Assembly: GCA_010356995.1 (NCBI GenBank)
Contig: ML996689.1
Span: 1,754,691-1,818,690 of the forward strand
Source: Trichodelitschia bisporula
Lineage: Eukaryota
Direction of reading: 5' to 3'
DNA: 64,000 nt
Shown here: in pieces, positions 1-12,556 of the stretch
Layout: each line of letters opens with the position of its first letter
Numbering within the stretch: the first letter of the stretch is position 1
The notes under the pieces: model-generated
The model's input: only the letters and a program-made list of their open reading frames with translations
What the model was told of the DNA's origin: nothing
The model's database searches: none
Translations under genes and position numbers: made by a program

Positions 1-3000
1 GAGACCGGGGACGAGGCGGCAGGTGCCGTCGGGTTGGCGCTCGAAGTTGTAGTCGCTGTACAAGTTAGCTAGCGGTCTGGGGATACGAAAAAAAGGGGCG
101 CACCATTCAAAGTCCTGGCGCGTGCACGAGCAGTTGCGCCCTATGTCGTGGAGGCGGTCGATGGGGGGGCCGTTGAAGCACACGCGGTCTGTGCGCTTGC
201 GGTAGTATTGCGCTTGGTGGCCGAAGAGGCAGTCACTTTCTTCTTTCTTGAGCGGGTGTTTGGGCGTCCAGAGCCAGTAGTCGCTGTCGTCTAGGTTCTC
301 CTTGTCCAGCTTGCACGGCTTGTCGGCCAGGCCCGTGAAGTCGAGGTTCACGGTCGTGAGGCGGCTCCCCAAGTGCCCCCAGAGTACAAAATTGCGCGAG
401 TTGTCGCTGGGCACCGTGCTGATCTTCTCGATGCGCATGTTGGTGTCGCTGAATTGAAATTCTTGCCAGGTGTCGCCCTCATCCACCGAGTAGAACGCCA
501 TGTTCGTCGGCTCGTTCTTCTTCACCAGTACTACGATTGCGCCCTGGTCGCCGTACTCCCACATGTAGATGCCGTTCTTCGCCACAATCCACGTGATGCC
601 GCCGTCCCGCGTGATGAACGTATCGCCCTCGTTAGCCGGGCCGAGATGCTCGCCGACGTTGCCGACGCCGAGCATCAGCCCGACAGCGGATGGCGACGAG
701 TACGTGTCGCGCGGATCGGTGCGCTCAGTGTACCCGTGCAAGTGCAGCGCGCACTTATCAAGCCCCTTGCCGGCGCAGGGATACGACTTGCCGAGGAAGT
801 CCTTCGCAGGCGGGGAAAGGTAAGCCCAGTCAGATCCATCGTCGTGCGTGATCATAGTCTTGAGCTTCTTCGGCGCGCCATTATCAACCTCCTTCGGGTT
901 TGCCACAACATTCACAATCGCCACACCCTCGAGGCCCTGCATCTTCTCGAAATCGACGTAACCGCGGCGGTTGCGGTTCACGTTGTTCAGCGTCAGCACG
1001 TACGATGTGCCGTTCGAGTTACTCTTCAGGATGGACCCGTACTCGTGGTCTTGCTCGCCGTTGACCGTCACGTGCAGGAAGACAGCGTTCGTCGAGCTGT
1101 CGAGCACCGTGTACGCCGTCTGGTGCTCGACCTGAAAGTTGGGCGGGAAGGCCGCCGGCGCAAACTGCCGCCCGTCGACGCTGGCGTCCACCTTCAAGAA
1201 ATCCTTGTCCTTGGCCGCAACCACGATAAACTCAGACATGGTCGCAAAGTTGACCACATCCTCAAACACCTGCGTCTTGTGGTCGAACCAGTCTTCGCTA
1301 TAGACGAGGTCCTTGGGCTTGCTGTGGTCGTCGGCCTGGTGCTGCGTGCAGTAGATGAGCTGCTCGCTCTTCGAGCGGCCCTCGCGGTACATGAACTGGC
1401 ACTTGTCGACAGACCGCAGCAGCACGTCCCAGTCCTGTCCGTTCTTCTTAGACACGTGCGCCAGCGTGTGGCAGTCCTTGCTGCCGGGGCGGCAGTCCTT
1501 ACGGCCGATCCACAGCAGCCAGTCGGGATTGTTCTCGTGGAAGTTGATGACGGAAATGCCGGGCGCCGGGATGTCGGGGGCTTCAAACGAGTGGATCGTC
1601 TCGCCGCGGTCCTCCGAGTAGTACACCTTGCGCGACGGCGTGATGAAGTAGACATAGTCCTGGTTGAACTGATGGGGATAGATGGCAAGGATCTTCTCGT
1701 CCTTCGTCACCTGTTTCCACGACTTGCCATGATCCTTCGTGATGTACAGCTTGTTCTGGTCGCTCAGCATAACAATCGTCTCATCGTGGCCCGACGCCTT
1801 GGGGTCGCGCTCAAGGTAAAAGAACTGCGCGTACTGCTCCTCGCGGAACTCGTGCACCTGTACCGAAACCTTGCCGCTCGCCGGCGGGCTCAGCGCCTCG
1901 CTGCACGGCCGCTCTACCAAGTCGTCCTTCTGCGCCCCGCTCTTACGCTTGCAGTCATTCCCAGGAATGAGGCGCCACCCAGACGAGCCCTTGAACTTGT
2001 CGTCGGCGTTCTTGCACACACCCGTCGGAGCCGGGACGCGCCCGACGGGCTCGCACTTCCCGTCGTCGGAGCGCACAAAGTCAAAGTCGCACTCAAAGTC
2101 GGCATCCTCGCACTCACACGCCTCGTTTTCGGGGAGGATCTCGCGGAACTCCGTCTTAATGAAGCAGTCGGCGTCGGGCTTGCGCCGCTTGAACGACTGT
2201 TTGTGGCCCATGATGCACGTCGGCTTGCCGTCCTTGTCCTTGCGGGCGTACCACTTCTCAAAGTCATCGTCGCCGCACTTGCGTTTGTCCAGATCGTCAA
2301 AGTCGAGCGAGAAGACGTAGAAGTCCTCGCCCTTGGTGGCGACTAGCACAAACTTGAGGCTCGTAGAGTCGGGGATCGTGGTCAGCTCCCGCGCGCTGAC
2401 GCCCGTGACCGGCAGCTTCGCTGTCTTCCAGTCGCGGCCGTGGTTGATCGAGTATGACACCTCGTCGGCGTTGGTCTCCGCCACAGAGAACAGGATCGAT
2501 CCCTGGTCGCCAAACTCCCACTTTTGCGGACCCTTGAGGGGCGTCGTCTTCCACGTCTTGCCCGCATCGTCAGAAACAAAAAGCGAAGCCTTGCTGTAGT
2601 CGTCCAAGAAATCGCCCGTGTTGCCAACGCCCATGACGATGCCCGGCGCTGGGCTCGAGAAAATGCGCCCAACATTGCGCTGATTCGTGACGGAGTGTAG
2701 ATGCAGTTCCTCGTCGCCGACCTTGAGCGCCTCGAACGTGCGCCCGTCGTCAAAGCTGATCTTCGACTTGATCTTCTTCAGACCCTGCGACATACGCTTC
2801 TCCACCTCCTCCCAGTTCTCGACGGTGTTGACCAGCACGATGCCCTGAATATTCTGGATCTTTTCAAAGTCGACGAGCCCGAGGCGGTTGCGGTTCGTGT
2901 GCTCGATGTTGCGCGTGAAGTAGGTACCGTTGGAGTTGCTGGTAAAGAGCGCGCCGGTCATGCCCTGACGGTGGCTCATGACGTCTACCTGGATGCTGTA

Positions 3001-3933
3001 GTTCGTCGACTCGAGGACAGTGTACGCGTCCTCCTCGATCTTGTGGCTTCCAAACTCAGCGCGGTGCCAGGTGCGGGCGTCCCTCGTCACGTAGAGCGCC
3101 AGCTCGCGCGAAAGCAGTGCCTTCGCAGCCGCCACTATGAAACCCTTGACGGGGGCCATGTTCTGGAAGCCAGTAATCGTACGGCCGCTGGACATGGCCG
3201 GCTCGTGCTCCGTCTTGAAAAAGTCATCGGACGTGATGAGGCGGTAGTCCTTGAGGTCAAGGGAGAAGCGCCCAGCGACGATGCACACTACGGTGTTGTC
3301 ATTGACCGTGTCATCACCAGCTCCAAAGTCGGGAGTGCCTTTCGCCCAAAGACATGTCCGGCGCTGCGAGTGCAGCAGCTTGAGGTGCTCGAAGCCATCG
3401 GTGGTGTAGTAGGTCTAAAGGTCAGCTTAGCTTCAGCTAATCAGCAATTGGACGGCGCATACCTTGCCCGGACAGCTGTCGAAGATGATGCAAGGCCGCT
3501 CCGTGTGGAACAGCACCTTCTTCGGATCACCGGCGTGAAAGGTCAACGGATCTGACGGCGAGGGGTGGTCCTCAGTATCAAACTCCCGCCAGTCTTTACC
3601 CTGATTATACGTGATCCAGTGTGTCTTGCGGCGACCCAGCGCGACGGCGACCTGGTTGTTGTAAGGGTGCGGATAGACGGCGTACGGGTGCTCCTTCTTG
3701 ATATCGTCGACCACATCCCAATCCTCACCAGCGTTGGTGCTCCGCCGAACGATGCCTTTCTGCTGATCGACGATCAAGGCGACCTCGGAGTCGTCGAAGA
3801 AGAAGAGGTTCACAGGCGGGTGGTCGAATTTCTTGACCTTGATGTCCGGCTCCGACTTATCCGCCGCCACCAAAGTCGCTACGAGCGACAAGGCGGCTAG
3901 CAGGACGCGGAACCAGCTGGTTCGTGATGGCAT
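1..3933 (-). CDS. VPS10: Vacuolar protein sorting receptor Vps10/Pep1 (sortilin family); 3' end lies outside the window
   Basis: ATG 3933 gives signal peptide MPSRTSWFRVLLAALSLVATLVAA. Repeated BNR/Asp-box-like motifs (STNAGEDW, TYNQGKDW) and Cys-rich 10CC-like segments are visible. Introns at 3415-3462 and 56-103 have GT..CTRAC..AG signals. Confidence 0.95.
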
Positions 3934-4346
3934 TATGATGGGGTTGCGCGTGGAGCGCTCGGGGTCAGGGAGGTGGCGACCGCAGGCGCGGGCAGGCAGC
4001 GAGCTACGTAGTCGCAATGAGGTAAACGGGCGGGTGGCGGCCCTTGACGCATGAACAATCAAAGAGCTGACGATGTCCGGACAGACTCCAGCTGTGGACA
4101 GAGTGTTTAGTTCGGGTTTGGTGTGTTTGGAAGGATGGAGTTGGGGGTGGCGGAGTTGGTGCAGCTGGTGCAGCACTCGTTGCGGCGGACCAGTCGCTTC
4201 GGCCAAAAGTTCCTGACACGCACAGCTTCACGGGAGCATGGGTAAGGCTGAGCCGCAGGCAGCAGGGGGTGGAGGTTTGAGCAAGTTGGTGGATCGGCAG
4301 TAACACCCGATTCCGCTTACATCCCACCTTTTACGACTGTTGATAA

Positions 4347-6158
4347 ATGATGGGTAAAGATCTTGAGTCTTGGGAGGTGGTGGGTTACGGAAGCTACGGA
4401 GACACAGAGGAGCAGCAAAGCTCCCCACAGCAGCCGTCACTGCCGCATGATTCACCCCACTGGCTGCACCGCTACGCGGCGGGCTATCATGCCTGGCGTC
4501 GGGATACCGCGAGCGACCGACTCGTCTTCACACGGCCCCTCGGGCTTGTCGAGAATTCATTTGACATCGACGGCCGTTACTATGGGGGCCGGGCCGACTT
4601 TCACTGCATGCTGGACGTAGATGTGCGGACATCGCTGAGCGACGAGGAGTTTCAAAAAAGGATAGTGCTCGCATGGGCGGCCCTCTGCCTGCAGCATCCG
4701 CTGATGCTAGCTCGGATCCACCACGATCCCAAGCTGATGGCCCAGTTCGTGGTCAACGTTCCAAAGGACGAGTCCGAGGCGCTGGCCGTTGCTCAGCACA
4801 CTTTGACGTTTCTCAAAATACCGTGGCCGTATACGCACGACTTGCTCCTCCATGTCGCCAACGCCAGGAGAGTCATTGACCCCGCAGTGGGCGTAACGAG
4901 ACTATTTGTTGAGCCTTTACGGCGAGACCCAGAAGAACCAGAATACGCCTACCTCAGCATGGTTCAAGTGTGTGGACATTCGGTAACGGACGGCCTGTCC
5001 ACATACAACCGAATGTCGCATCTGATAGACCTACTCAACGAGCCCGAAGACTCCCTCCGCGCGACCATTTCCCAGCGCATTGCCAACTTTTCGGCTTCGT
5101 CCCTGCCTCCAGCCCAGGAAGACCTATATCCCCGCCCGTCGGGCTCTCTGGCTCGTCAACGCTGGTTCTGGGTCCTAACGCTCATCCGCCGTCATGTGCG
5201 GCCACCTCTTCCATTTGGCTTCCCTAACCCCCTCCGTCGACACCACGATCTTCCACCTCTGGTGCCCAAATACCCCCTGGATTACACACCCGAGCACGCG
5301 CCGCCCCTGCGCTCTTGCCACGACAGCATTATTATTCCTGTTCACTTTGCGATTTACCTCAAGTTCCTCTGCCGCACTGCCGGCACTAGCATCGGCGCCG
5401 GATGCTTTGCACTGGTGGCACTAGTGATGATGGAGCTCGAGGAGGCCAAGCACCCAGACACACCAGCATCAGAACGGGCTCCCTTCGTCGCCTCGTTTCC
5501 GCTGAACCCACGACCCTTTTTCAACTACGACGGCCCTCACGATTCATGCATGCTCTCCTTCAGCGACGGGATCGTGTTCCCGTTTCTCTCCGCAGATCTC
5601 AACGTCAGTGGGCGGCTGCGACTACTGGCGAGAACGGCAAACCGGGGGCTGCGAAAGTTCCAAAAGCGGCCGGGAGTCGATGCAACTGATTTTCCGCGCT
5701 TGCTGGCGGGGAACTATGTCACGGCCATCCAGCGGGTCGAGGACAAGCTGCCACCAGAACTGAGAGGAGGGGAAAGTCCGCAGGGTCCGTATTCGGCCTA
5801 TATACCCTTCAACCGAGCTACTTGCGGAGTAAGCTCCATAGGGTCAGTGGCGCGGTGGGTGCAGCGCGATAAGTACAGTCTCGATGGCAAGGGTGACTTT
5901 GAGGCGAAGTTCAGACTACTTGGGACGGGCGTGAGGGCGCGCGACGGCGAGTTTCTTGTGAGCGCCGCCGGCCTCGAAGATGGAGACTTCAAGTTTTCCG
6001 TGTCGTATGATGCAAGTAGTATTGGGTATGAAGAAGTCGAAGAATGGAAGCGCAGAATGCGGAGCGTGCTTGAGGACGTTGGCAAGGATTTGCTGCAAGT
6101 CCATGAGTTGAACGAAATAATGTTGAAAGCGCATTGGGGGTATGATTTTGAGAAGTAG
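4347..6158 (+). CDS. CoA-dependent acyltransferase (alcohol acetyltransferase / condensation-like fold)
   Basis: Intronless 603-aa ORF with catalytic HxxxDG motif (GHSVTDG) and an N-terminal AWAALCLQHPLM segment typical of the family. Confidence 0.75.
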   Translation: MMGKDLESWEVVGYGSYGDTEEQQSSPQQPSLPHDSPHWLHRYAAGYHAWRRDTASDRLVFTRPLGLVENSFDIDGRYYGGRADFHCMLDVDVRTSLSDEEFQKRIVLAWAALCLQHPLMLARIHHDPKLMAQFVVNVPKDESEALAVAQHTLTFLKIPWPYTHDLLLHVANARRVIDPAVGVTRLFVEPLRRDPEEPEYAYLSMVQVCGHSVTDGLSTYNRMSHLIDLLNEPEDSLRATISQRIANFSASSLPPAQEDLYPRPSGSLARQRWFWVLTLIRRHVRPPLPFGFPNPLRRHHDLPPLVPKYPLDYTPEHAPPLRSCHDSIIIPVHFAIYLKFLCRTAGTSIGAGCFALVALVMMELEEAKHPDTPASERAPFVASFPLNPRPFFNYDGPHDSCMLSFSDGIVFPFLSADLNVSGRLRLLARTANRGLRKFQKRPGVDATDFPRLLAGNYVTAIQRVEDKLPPELRGGESPQGPYSAYIPFNRATCGVSSIGSVARWVQRDKYSLDGKGDFEAKFRLLGTGVRARDGEFLVSAAGLEDGDFKFSVSYDASSIGYEEVEEWKRRMRSVLEDVGKDLLQVHELNEIMLKAHWGYDFEK

Positions 6159-6159
6159 C

Positions 6160-6222
6160 GAGGAAGAAGAAGAGAAAGAAGAAGCGAAAGAAGAAGAACG
6201 CAAAGAAGAGCCGAAGAAGAAG
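6160..6222 (+). repeat. Imperfect (GAA)n purine-rich microsatellite in 3' region
   Basis: gaggaagaagaagagaaagaagaagcgaaagaagaagaacgcaaagaagagccgaagaaga directly after the stop codon. Confidence 0.7.
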
Positions 6223-6660
6223 AATACTGTTCGTCAGTATCAGCATTATGGTCAGCATACGATAGCCGCGCGTGAATGAGACATGCAATATTCTCCTACT
6301 TGATCCATCCAAATTCCAGAGAATGGACATACGAAGGAAACTGAAGACAGCCGTGAAGTCGTCGTGATTTCTAGCCGCCGCAAGCGCTCATCATCGCGCG
6401 CTAACCAATCGCGGCGAAAACAGCTTAGCTAAGCTCGGGGACTTTGCCTTTGCCAAGGCCAGGGAGAGGATCCGATGAGTGGAAAGACTGCGCCCACTTC
6501 GCTCGTCCAACTCTCCACCGCAAAAGTCTCTCCCTCCAAACCTCGTCATTCCTCGCCACTTCTTCCCTTCAACCTTCACCATCGCTGTCCCCCACAACTT
6601 CCTTCCAACATCAACTATCGTCGAACACTTCGAATACACCTCTTTCACACAGCGCTTAGA

Positions 6661-8034
6661 ATGGCCGACCCCAACCGTTCCTGGAAGCCTTCCTTTCGCG
6701 GTGGGCCAGGTGGCTTTCGCAACCCGGCCTACAACCCCTATCATATTCCCGCGCGTGGTAGATTCAGTGGTCCGCATCGCAACCGCACCTTGATTGTCAA
6801 CAACAACAGCAAACCGGCCGAGGATACTAATGAGCAGACCGAGACGCAGGCGGGGTCAGGCTATGTGCGTGTCCCAGGTCCCAACATGCAACTTGTCAAC
6901 AAGACCGTGTACGACAAGAACGTCGACGGTCCTGTTGACGGTGCAGCGCAGGTACCTAGCAATCCGCCGACGCCCGTCTACAGCTACGTCAAGCCTGGTT
7001 ACAATCCCAAGACGCCGACGTTCGCGCCGACGCCCACACCAAACGGCGTGCATGAGATCGATGTCAACAACATTAGCTTCCGCTTGACCGAGGGTGGCAG
7101 CAAGCTCGTGCGCATCACCGGTGCGTCGCCCGCCAGCATGCCGCAAGAAGACGTTACCTTACCGTGTCCAGCTCCCTCAGATGACCTGCCGACGCCGAAC
7201 GAGGTTACCATCGGCGGTATACAGTTTCTCAAGAGCGCCTCGGGCAACCTCTACCGCATCGACCGCATCCAAGCTAAACGGTCAGCCCCTCTCATCTTAC
7301 TGCCATCCGGCTAACATTAGCAGTGCCGAACTCGCCGCGAAGCCGAAGGACCTCTGTCCTCGCTTCACCTCAACTGGTATCGTAATTCGTATTCTATGGA
7401 ACGGATCCCTGGCGCCGACGCTTAGGAACCGATTCGGTGCGCGGACCCGATCAGCTAACGGACGGTAGGATTCTGCGCCAAGGGTCGTGAGTGCAAGTTG
7501 CTGCACGACCCGCACAAAGTGGCCATATGCAAAGATTTCTTAATGACGGGAACCTGCACCGCCGGTGCCGCATGCGACTTATCCCACGATCCCACGCCTA
7601 ACCGCGTGCCCGCGTGTGTGCACTTTCTGCGCGGCAACTGCAACAATGACTCGTGCCGGTATGCGCACGTAAAAGCGAGCCCTAGCGCGCTCATCTGTCG
7701 CCCCTTCGCCACGATGGGCTACTGCAAAAAGGGCGCCAAGTGTCAAGAGCGCCACCTGTTTGAATGTCCTGATTATGCCGAGCACGGCGAGTGCAAGACG
7801 CAGGGCTGTCGGCTGCCGCACGTCGACCGCGCGAACCAGCTGCGACGCAAGGCGGCGCGCAGCTCTCTCTCTCCAGAGCTTACTAGCGACAATGACAGCG
7901 AGGATGAGGGTGCTGTCGACAGCTCTGGAGATGTGGACATGGACGTCGCGCCTGAGCGGCCGACCGATGCCCTGCGACAGCTCGAGGAGCATCTGAATGG
8001 CTTCTCGCAGCAGCAGGACTACATTGGGCTCTAA
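6661..8034 (+). CDS. Tandem CCCH zinc-finger RNA-binding protein (ZC3H3/Red5-like)
   Basis: ATG 6661 (MADPNRSW). Introns 7281-7323 and 7377-7468. Five C-x7/8-C-x4/5-C-x3-H fingers (e.g. CKDFLMTGTCTAGAACDLSH, CVHFLRGNCNNDSCRYAH) and an acidic tail. Confidence 0.8.
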
Positions 8035-8717
8035 TGGGCGCGTAAGTATTGCCGTGTGTGTCGTATGCCGTCTATTGTCTTTTCCGGCGTTTTGCGGTAT
8101 GATACCCGGTGGGCGAACGCGCTTCGTACTCTGGTTCTTATTGCTAAAGGGTGGGGAATGGATGGGTGGTAATTCTGGTGGATGTTTTAGAGCGATGAGA
8201 CGTGGGCTCACAAGTGCTACAAGCAACAAAGTCTACAGAGAAAAGCAAGAGAAAAAATGAGAATGATGAATTTAAAGTCCGTGTGCTATGCTTCGTGCTA
8301 CCCTTTAACCTGGTACCATTTTCGGGTGTTTCTTTGGTAATACAAAGGTCTTCTCTTGAGGAGCTGAGAAGTGTGCCTAAAATAGCCGCGCCGATCCCTT
8401 TCCCCTCACGCACCGCAGCGCGGACAAAATGCGCTCGTCGGCGGCTCAGCCGCGTGTGCGGAGGCCAGAGGCGCGTCATTGGCCCCTGGGCGGGTGCGCC
8501 GCTCAGTGCTGCGGCGTGCTCGACCTCACGGCGTGCATTCTCTCTTTGTATATAGCCTCGAACTGCGCGTGCGGTCTCTGCTGGCGTTTTGACATCGGCA
8601 TTGTTGGTGAGGTCCTTTGTCCCTCCCTGCTTGGGCTGGATGGGTGCTTACAAGAGCAGCTGAGTGACGACACACGACACGGCATACGGCACTCTGCGAG
8701 GGGCTACGATACTAGCA

Positions 8718-11163
8718 ATGAGTCTTTTGCATCGGCTTCGCAGCAAGCGCAAGAGCTCGCCTGAGCGCTCCCCCGCCGCGTCTACATCCGAGTCTGCGCC
8801 CGAAGCCCCGAGCTTCACGTTCCTCCGCACGACCACGCAGAGCGTCGAAGAAATCGCCCCCCCTTCCTTTCCCGGCGATCCGGCCCCTCCCCCACCGCCA
8901 ACAAGTAAAGCCAAGGAGCCAAAAGAGCGCTGGTACAGGCGCGGACACCGGCGGGAGGATCTGGGCCTGGGCGGGGAAGACAGTGCTGCGGAATGGGAAC
9001 GGCGCGCGACGGCGTTGGCGGGCGAGGCGGCGGCGGCGGAGGGCATGGGGCGGAAGAGGAGTGTTAGTGTGGGGAGTGAAGGGGTGGATGGGGATATTCA
9101 GAGTGCTATACGGTTGCATGAGGAGGGTGGTGAGTGGCCCTTGGGGAGAATGGGAGGGGGGTTTGGGATGGTGCTAATGGGGGTAGATTTGGAGAGGAGT
9201 ACGCGCTTGTTTGGGCGGTTGGCGGACCAGGAGGATAATGCGCTGAGTCAGGTGCTTTATGGGCTTGCCTTGCGGTACGGGTTCTTTCCTTTGAAGAAGC
9301 ATAGCTAACGCTCGCCCGGCAGGCACGGCTGGGGGATCCCGCAGAACGAGAGCCTTGCGGTGACATATCTAACCCGCGCGGCGGGCAACTCCGCACAAAT
9401 CGAATCCCAAGCCCTAGCCGCTGGACTCAAGCGCGGCGGCGCGGCGAAGGGCGAACTCACACTCGCTATGTTCGAGCTTGCGAATTGTTTCCGGCACGGC
9501 TGGGGGGTTAAAAAAGATCCCCCGAAGGCGAAGACGTACTATGAGGTTGCGGCGAATATGGGGGATACGGATGGGATGAATGAGGTTGCGTGGTGTTATT
9601 TGGAGGGGTTTGGGTGTAAGAAGGATAAGGTATGTGGATTCTGTCTTCTTTTGGGTGATGGGGGGGAAGAAGGGGTTATGTGGGTGAGGGGGTGAGAGGG
9701 TGGGTTAGGGGTCGCAACGACGCCCTGAGCCCGAGGAACCGTCCTTATACATCTACCTCCCCCACCCGCTCGCTGCCTCGATGCTCATCTCACCGCGCTT
9801 CGCAAGCGCAGCCGCCGGCCGAGCCGAACGTACTGTGTACACAGTCCTCGGCACTCGCATACGCGCATGCCGGGCGTCCACCTGCCGGGCGTGTGCAGAC
9901 GCGGCCCGAGGGTTCGGCAACACGCCGCCTCCGGAGGCGGACTGGGGAGCTTGGGAGCTGGTGGGAGGTGCATGGTGGTACAGCGAGCGCGTTGCACATG
10001 CAGAAGCGTCGCTGCGAGCGTTGCGCTATTACGGGACGTGGGTTGTCCAGTCTCGGGGCGCGACGCGGTGGTGACGCTGTCTCCATCACCGCACCTCCCA
10101 GCTCACGATGTCTTCGCGTCTCCTACCCATCTTCCACCTCCCCCCTCCATCTCCTGCTTTTTGAGATTGCTGCACGAATACCCAACGCCCGTGCTAACGA
10201 TCCAGTACCGCGCCGCGCAGTACCTGCGCCTTGCTGAGCAGAAGGGACACAAAACGCTGGGGAATACGTGGTTTGTACACCCCATCTCGTATCTCTTCGA
10301 TCTCGACCCCCTCCAAGCCCTAACCCCCGCCCCGCGCTCGCCGGTGGCCATATCGGCTCTAGGGTCGAGGTGCCCCGCGGTAGCAACCGCTCGGGCATGG
10401 CGGATACGATTCCGTGCCCCTCACTCTTGACGCAAGCTGCGTGTCCGCAATATGTATCCGCCTCCCGGCTCGCACCCCCGGCCCGAGTGCTCGAGCGCCA
10501 CTCCGAAGCCCGGCCCATCTCCGCGCGCCGCTGCCCGGTCCGCGCCCCGCGTTAGCAACGCGGACGTGGCAGACTGCGCTGGGGGCATTGGGCCGAGTGC
10601 TGGTGGTGTGAGTCGCAATAAGCTCGCCGCTTGATTTTACCCCCTTCCATTACCCCATCTGTTCTATATCAAAAAGTGCACCCGCCACCATCGTCATCCC
10701 CCAACCCACTCCCCACCCCCGCCTCCCCTCCGCTGCTACTATATCGTAGGTAGCCCCCTCCTACTACCCCGCTATCCCGCTATCCAGCCCCCAGCCCCCA
10801 GCCCACCCACCCACCCAAGGCAGTGGCTGGCCCTCGACCTTCGCACCGCCCACGCCACTGGCGCCACGTGTCTGCGTCAGAGTGGCTTGGCGACTGGGGT
10901 ATGGAGCAGGGGGGGGGGCGATGCGCTGGCAGTTTCTTGGCGGGATGGGACTTGCTGCGAGTGCGGGCAGCGAGCGAGTGAGCAGCAGCGGGTGTGAGTG
11001 GGTGTGGGTGAGCGTGAAGAATTTTCAGCGATGCTTTTGTTTTGTGGATGGAGAGGAGTTGAGATAATGTGCTGATGGTGTGAGTAGGATTTGGAAAGAC
11101 AAGTACGGCGGGCCGATGCCTCAACCACCCGTGAAGGGGGAGGGGAGGGGGGCAGTAGCCTGA
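8718..11163 (+). CDS. Sel1-like repeat (HCP-like) protein, Dsf2/Nif1-like
   Basis: Sel1 repeats YGLALRHGWG, FELANCFRHGWGVKKD and AWCYLEGFGCKKDK. Introns ~9129-9187, ~9275-9322, 9631-10206 and 10271-11087. The last exon 11088-11163 restores LGNTWIWKDKY in frame. Confidence 0.8.
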
Positions 11164-12556
11164 GGCTTGGGGGAGCGAGTGCGATGCTACGAGGTTGAGA
11201 TGGCGGGGCTGGTGTGCGGCTGGGCGGCTGGGTTGAGGGAGGGGAGGGAGACACCGAGGCTGTTGGACGTTGGACTGCCGAGCTTGAGCTCGAGACTCGG
11301 GGATTGTCCTGTTTTGGAGAACGGCGTGGGGCCTGATTGGGAGGGACAGTTTGGATATGTGCTGAGACCGGAACGTGAGCGTTGAGGGCGAGACATGGTG
11401 CACGAGGTCTGGGGGGTGACTTTCTGTTTACGACGATGGATGCGCGTGGTTCTGGTCTGTTCTCGGCGTAGGATAGCCGGTTGGATGGGCGTTGGATTGG
11501 ATAAAATATGATGTCGTTAGGAGTCTAGGCTGGAATCTGGCATCGCGATCGCCTGTTGCTCTCCCGTAGTGTGCTGAGGCTGGTACTTCGAGAAGTCACG
11601 ATATGTAAACACCACAGTAGTCACGGATACTTTCACCATGTATCAAGAGAAGATGCATCCAATCCGTTCATTCATCCCACATACAATCAAGTACCTACAC
11701 CCACCATTTCCCAAAAGAATCACCAACGCCCCGCCCGCCTCCAGCCAACCACCCGGCCCATACATAAAATCGTCCTCGACGCTCCAAAGCGCTACAAAAA
11801 CCGCAGGCGCCCAAGCGGAGAACGCAGCTACAAAACCCAAGAAGTACATGATCATTAGGAAAGCTCGTCCACCCAGAAGCGTTGTTATCATCAATATTGC
11901 TGCCGTTAACCGTTTACGTCGTGAATACCCAGCGCGCGAGCGATGTTCCAAAGTCGTGAAATTGGTTGTATGAGTGCCATAGCCAAAGAAAGAGTGCGCG
12001 ACGGCGCGGTGATAGCCTTGGGAGGCTCGGTCGCTTGCTTGAACCCCGTAGTCTCAGGGGTAAAGAAACGCGCGTAGTGAGTGAGAGTGCTGACAAAGGA
12101 AATAGTGCTGTGGAGACAGCGCGTGAAGTCCATCCGTTCCCGTCCATCCGTTCCCGTCCATGCCTTCCGTTCCATCAATGCTGACTCGCGTCGCTGAATA
12201 CCCGTCGCTTTCCCAATCCAAAGAAAACAAAATTCGTAGTCGAGGGCGTATCATGATATACGTCTCGGAGTCGTGGGGGAGGAAATAAAACCATCATCCA
12301 GTCAACCCCGTGTGCGCTTTCGTGAGAGAAAAAAAAGAAGAACAAGAGAAAAACCCCACTGCAATGCTAGCTGGCTGAAAAACGACGAATGCAAAGGAAG
12401 AAACGACCCAAGGAAAAACAGAAAGGAAAAGCGAAAAACTCCCAATGTATCATAACATCGTGCCCATGAACAATCGTCAGTCTGACATCACCGGTACGGA
12501 CCCTGAGGCAGCTAGGACCACCTCTTCTTTGCACCTCTTCAACACCAAAAACACTT

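Noticed and set aside
373..3555. Long plus-strand ORFs (657 aa and 284 aa)
   Set aside because: They are antisense shadows of VPS10 caused by GC3-biased codon usage, with V/L/R/H-rich composition and no motifs.
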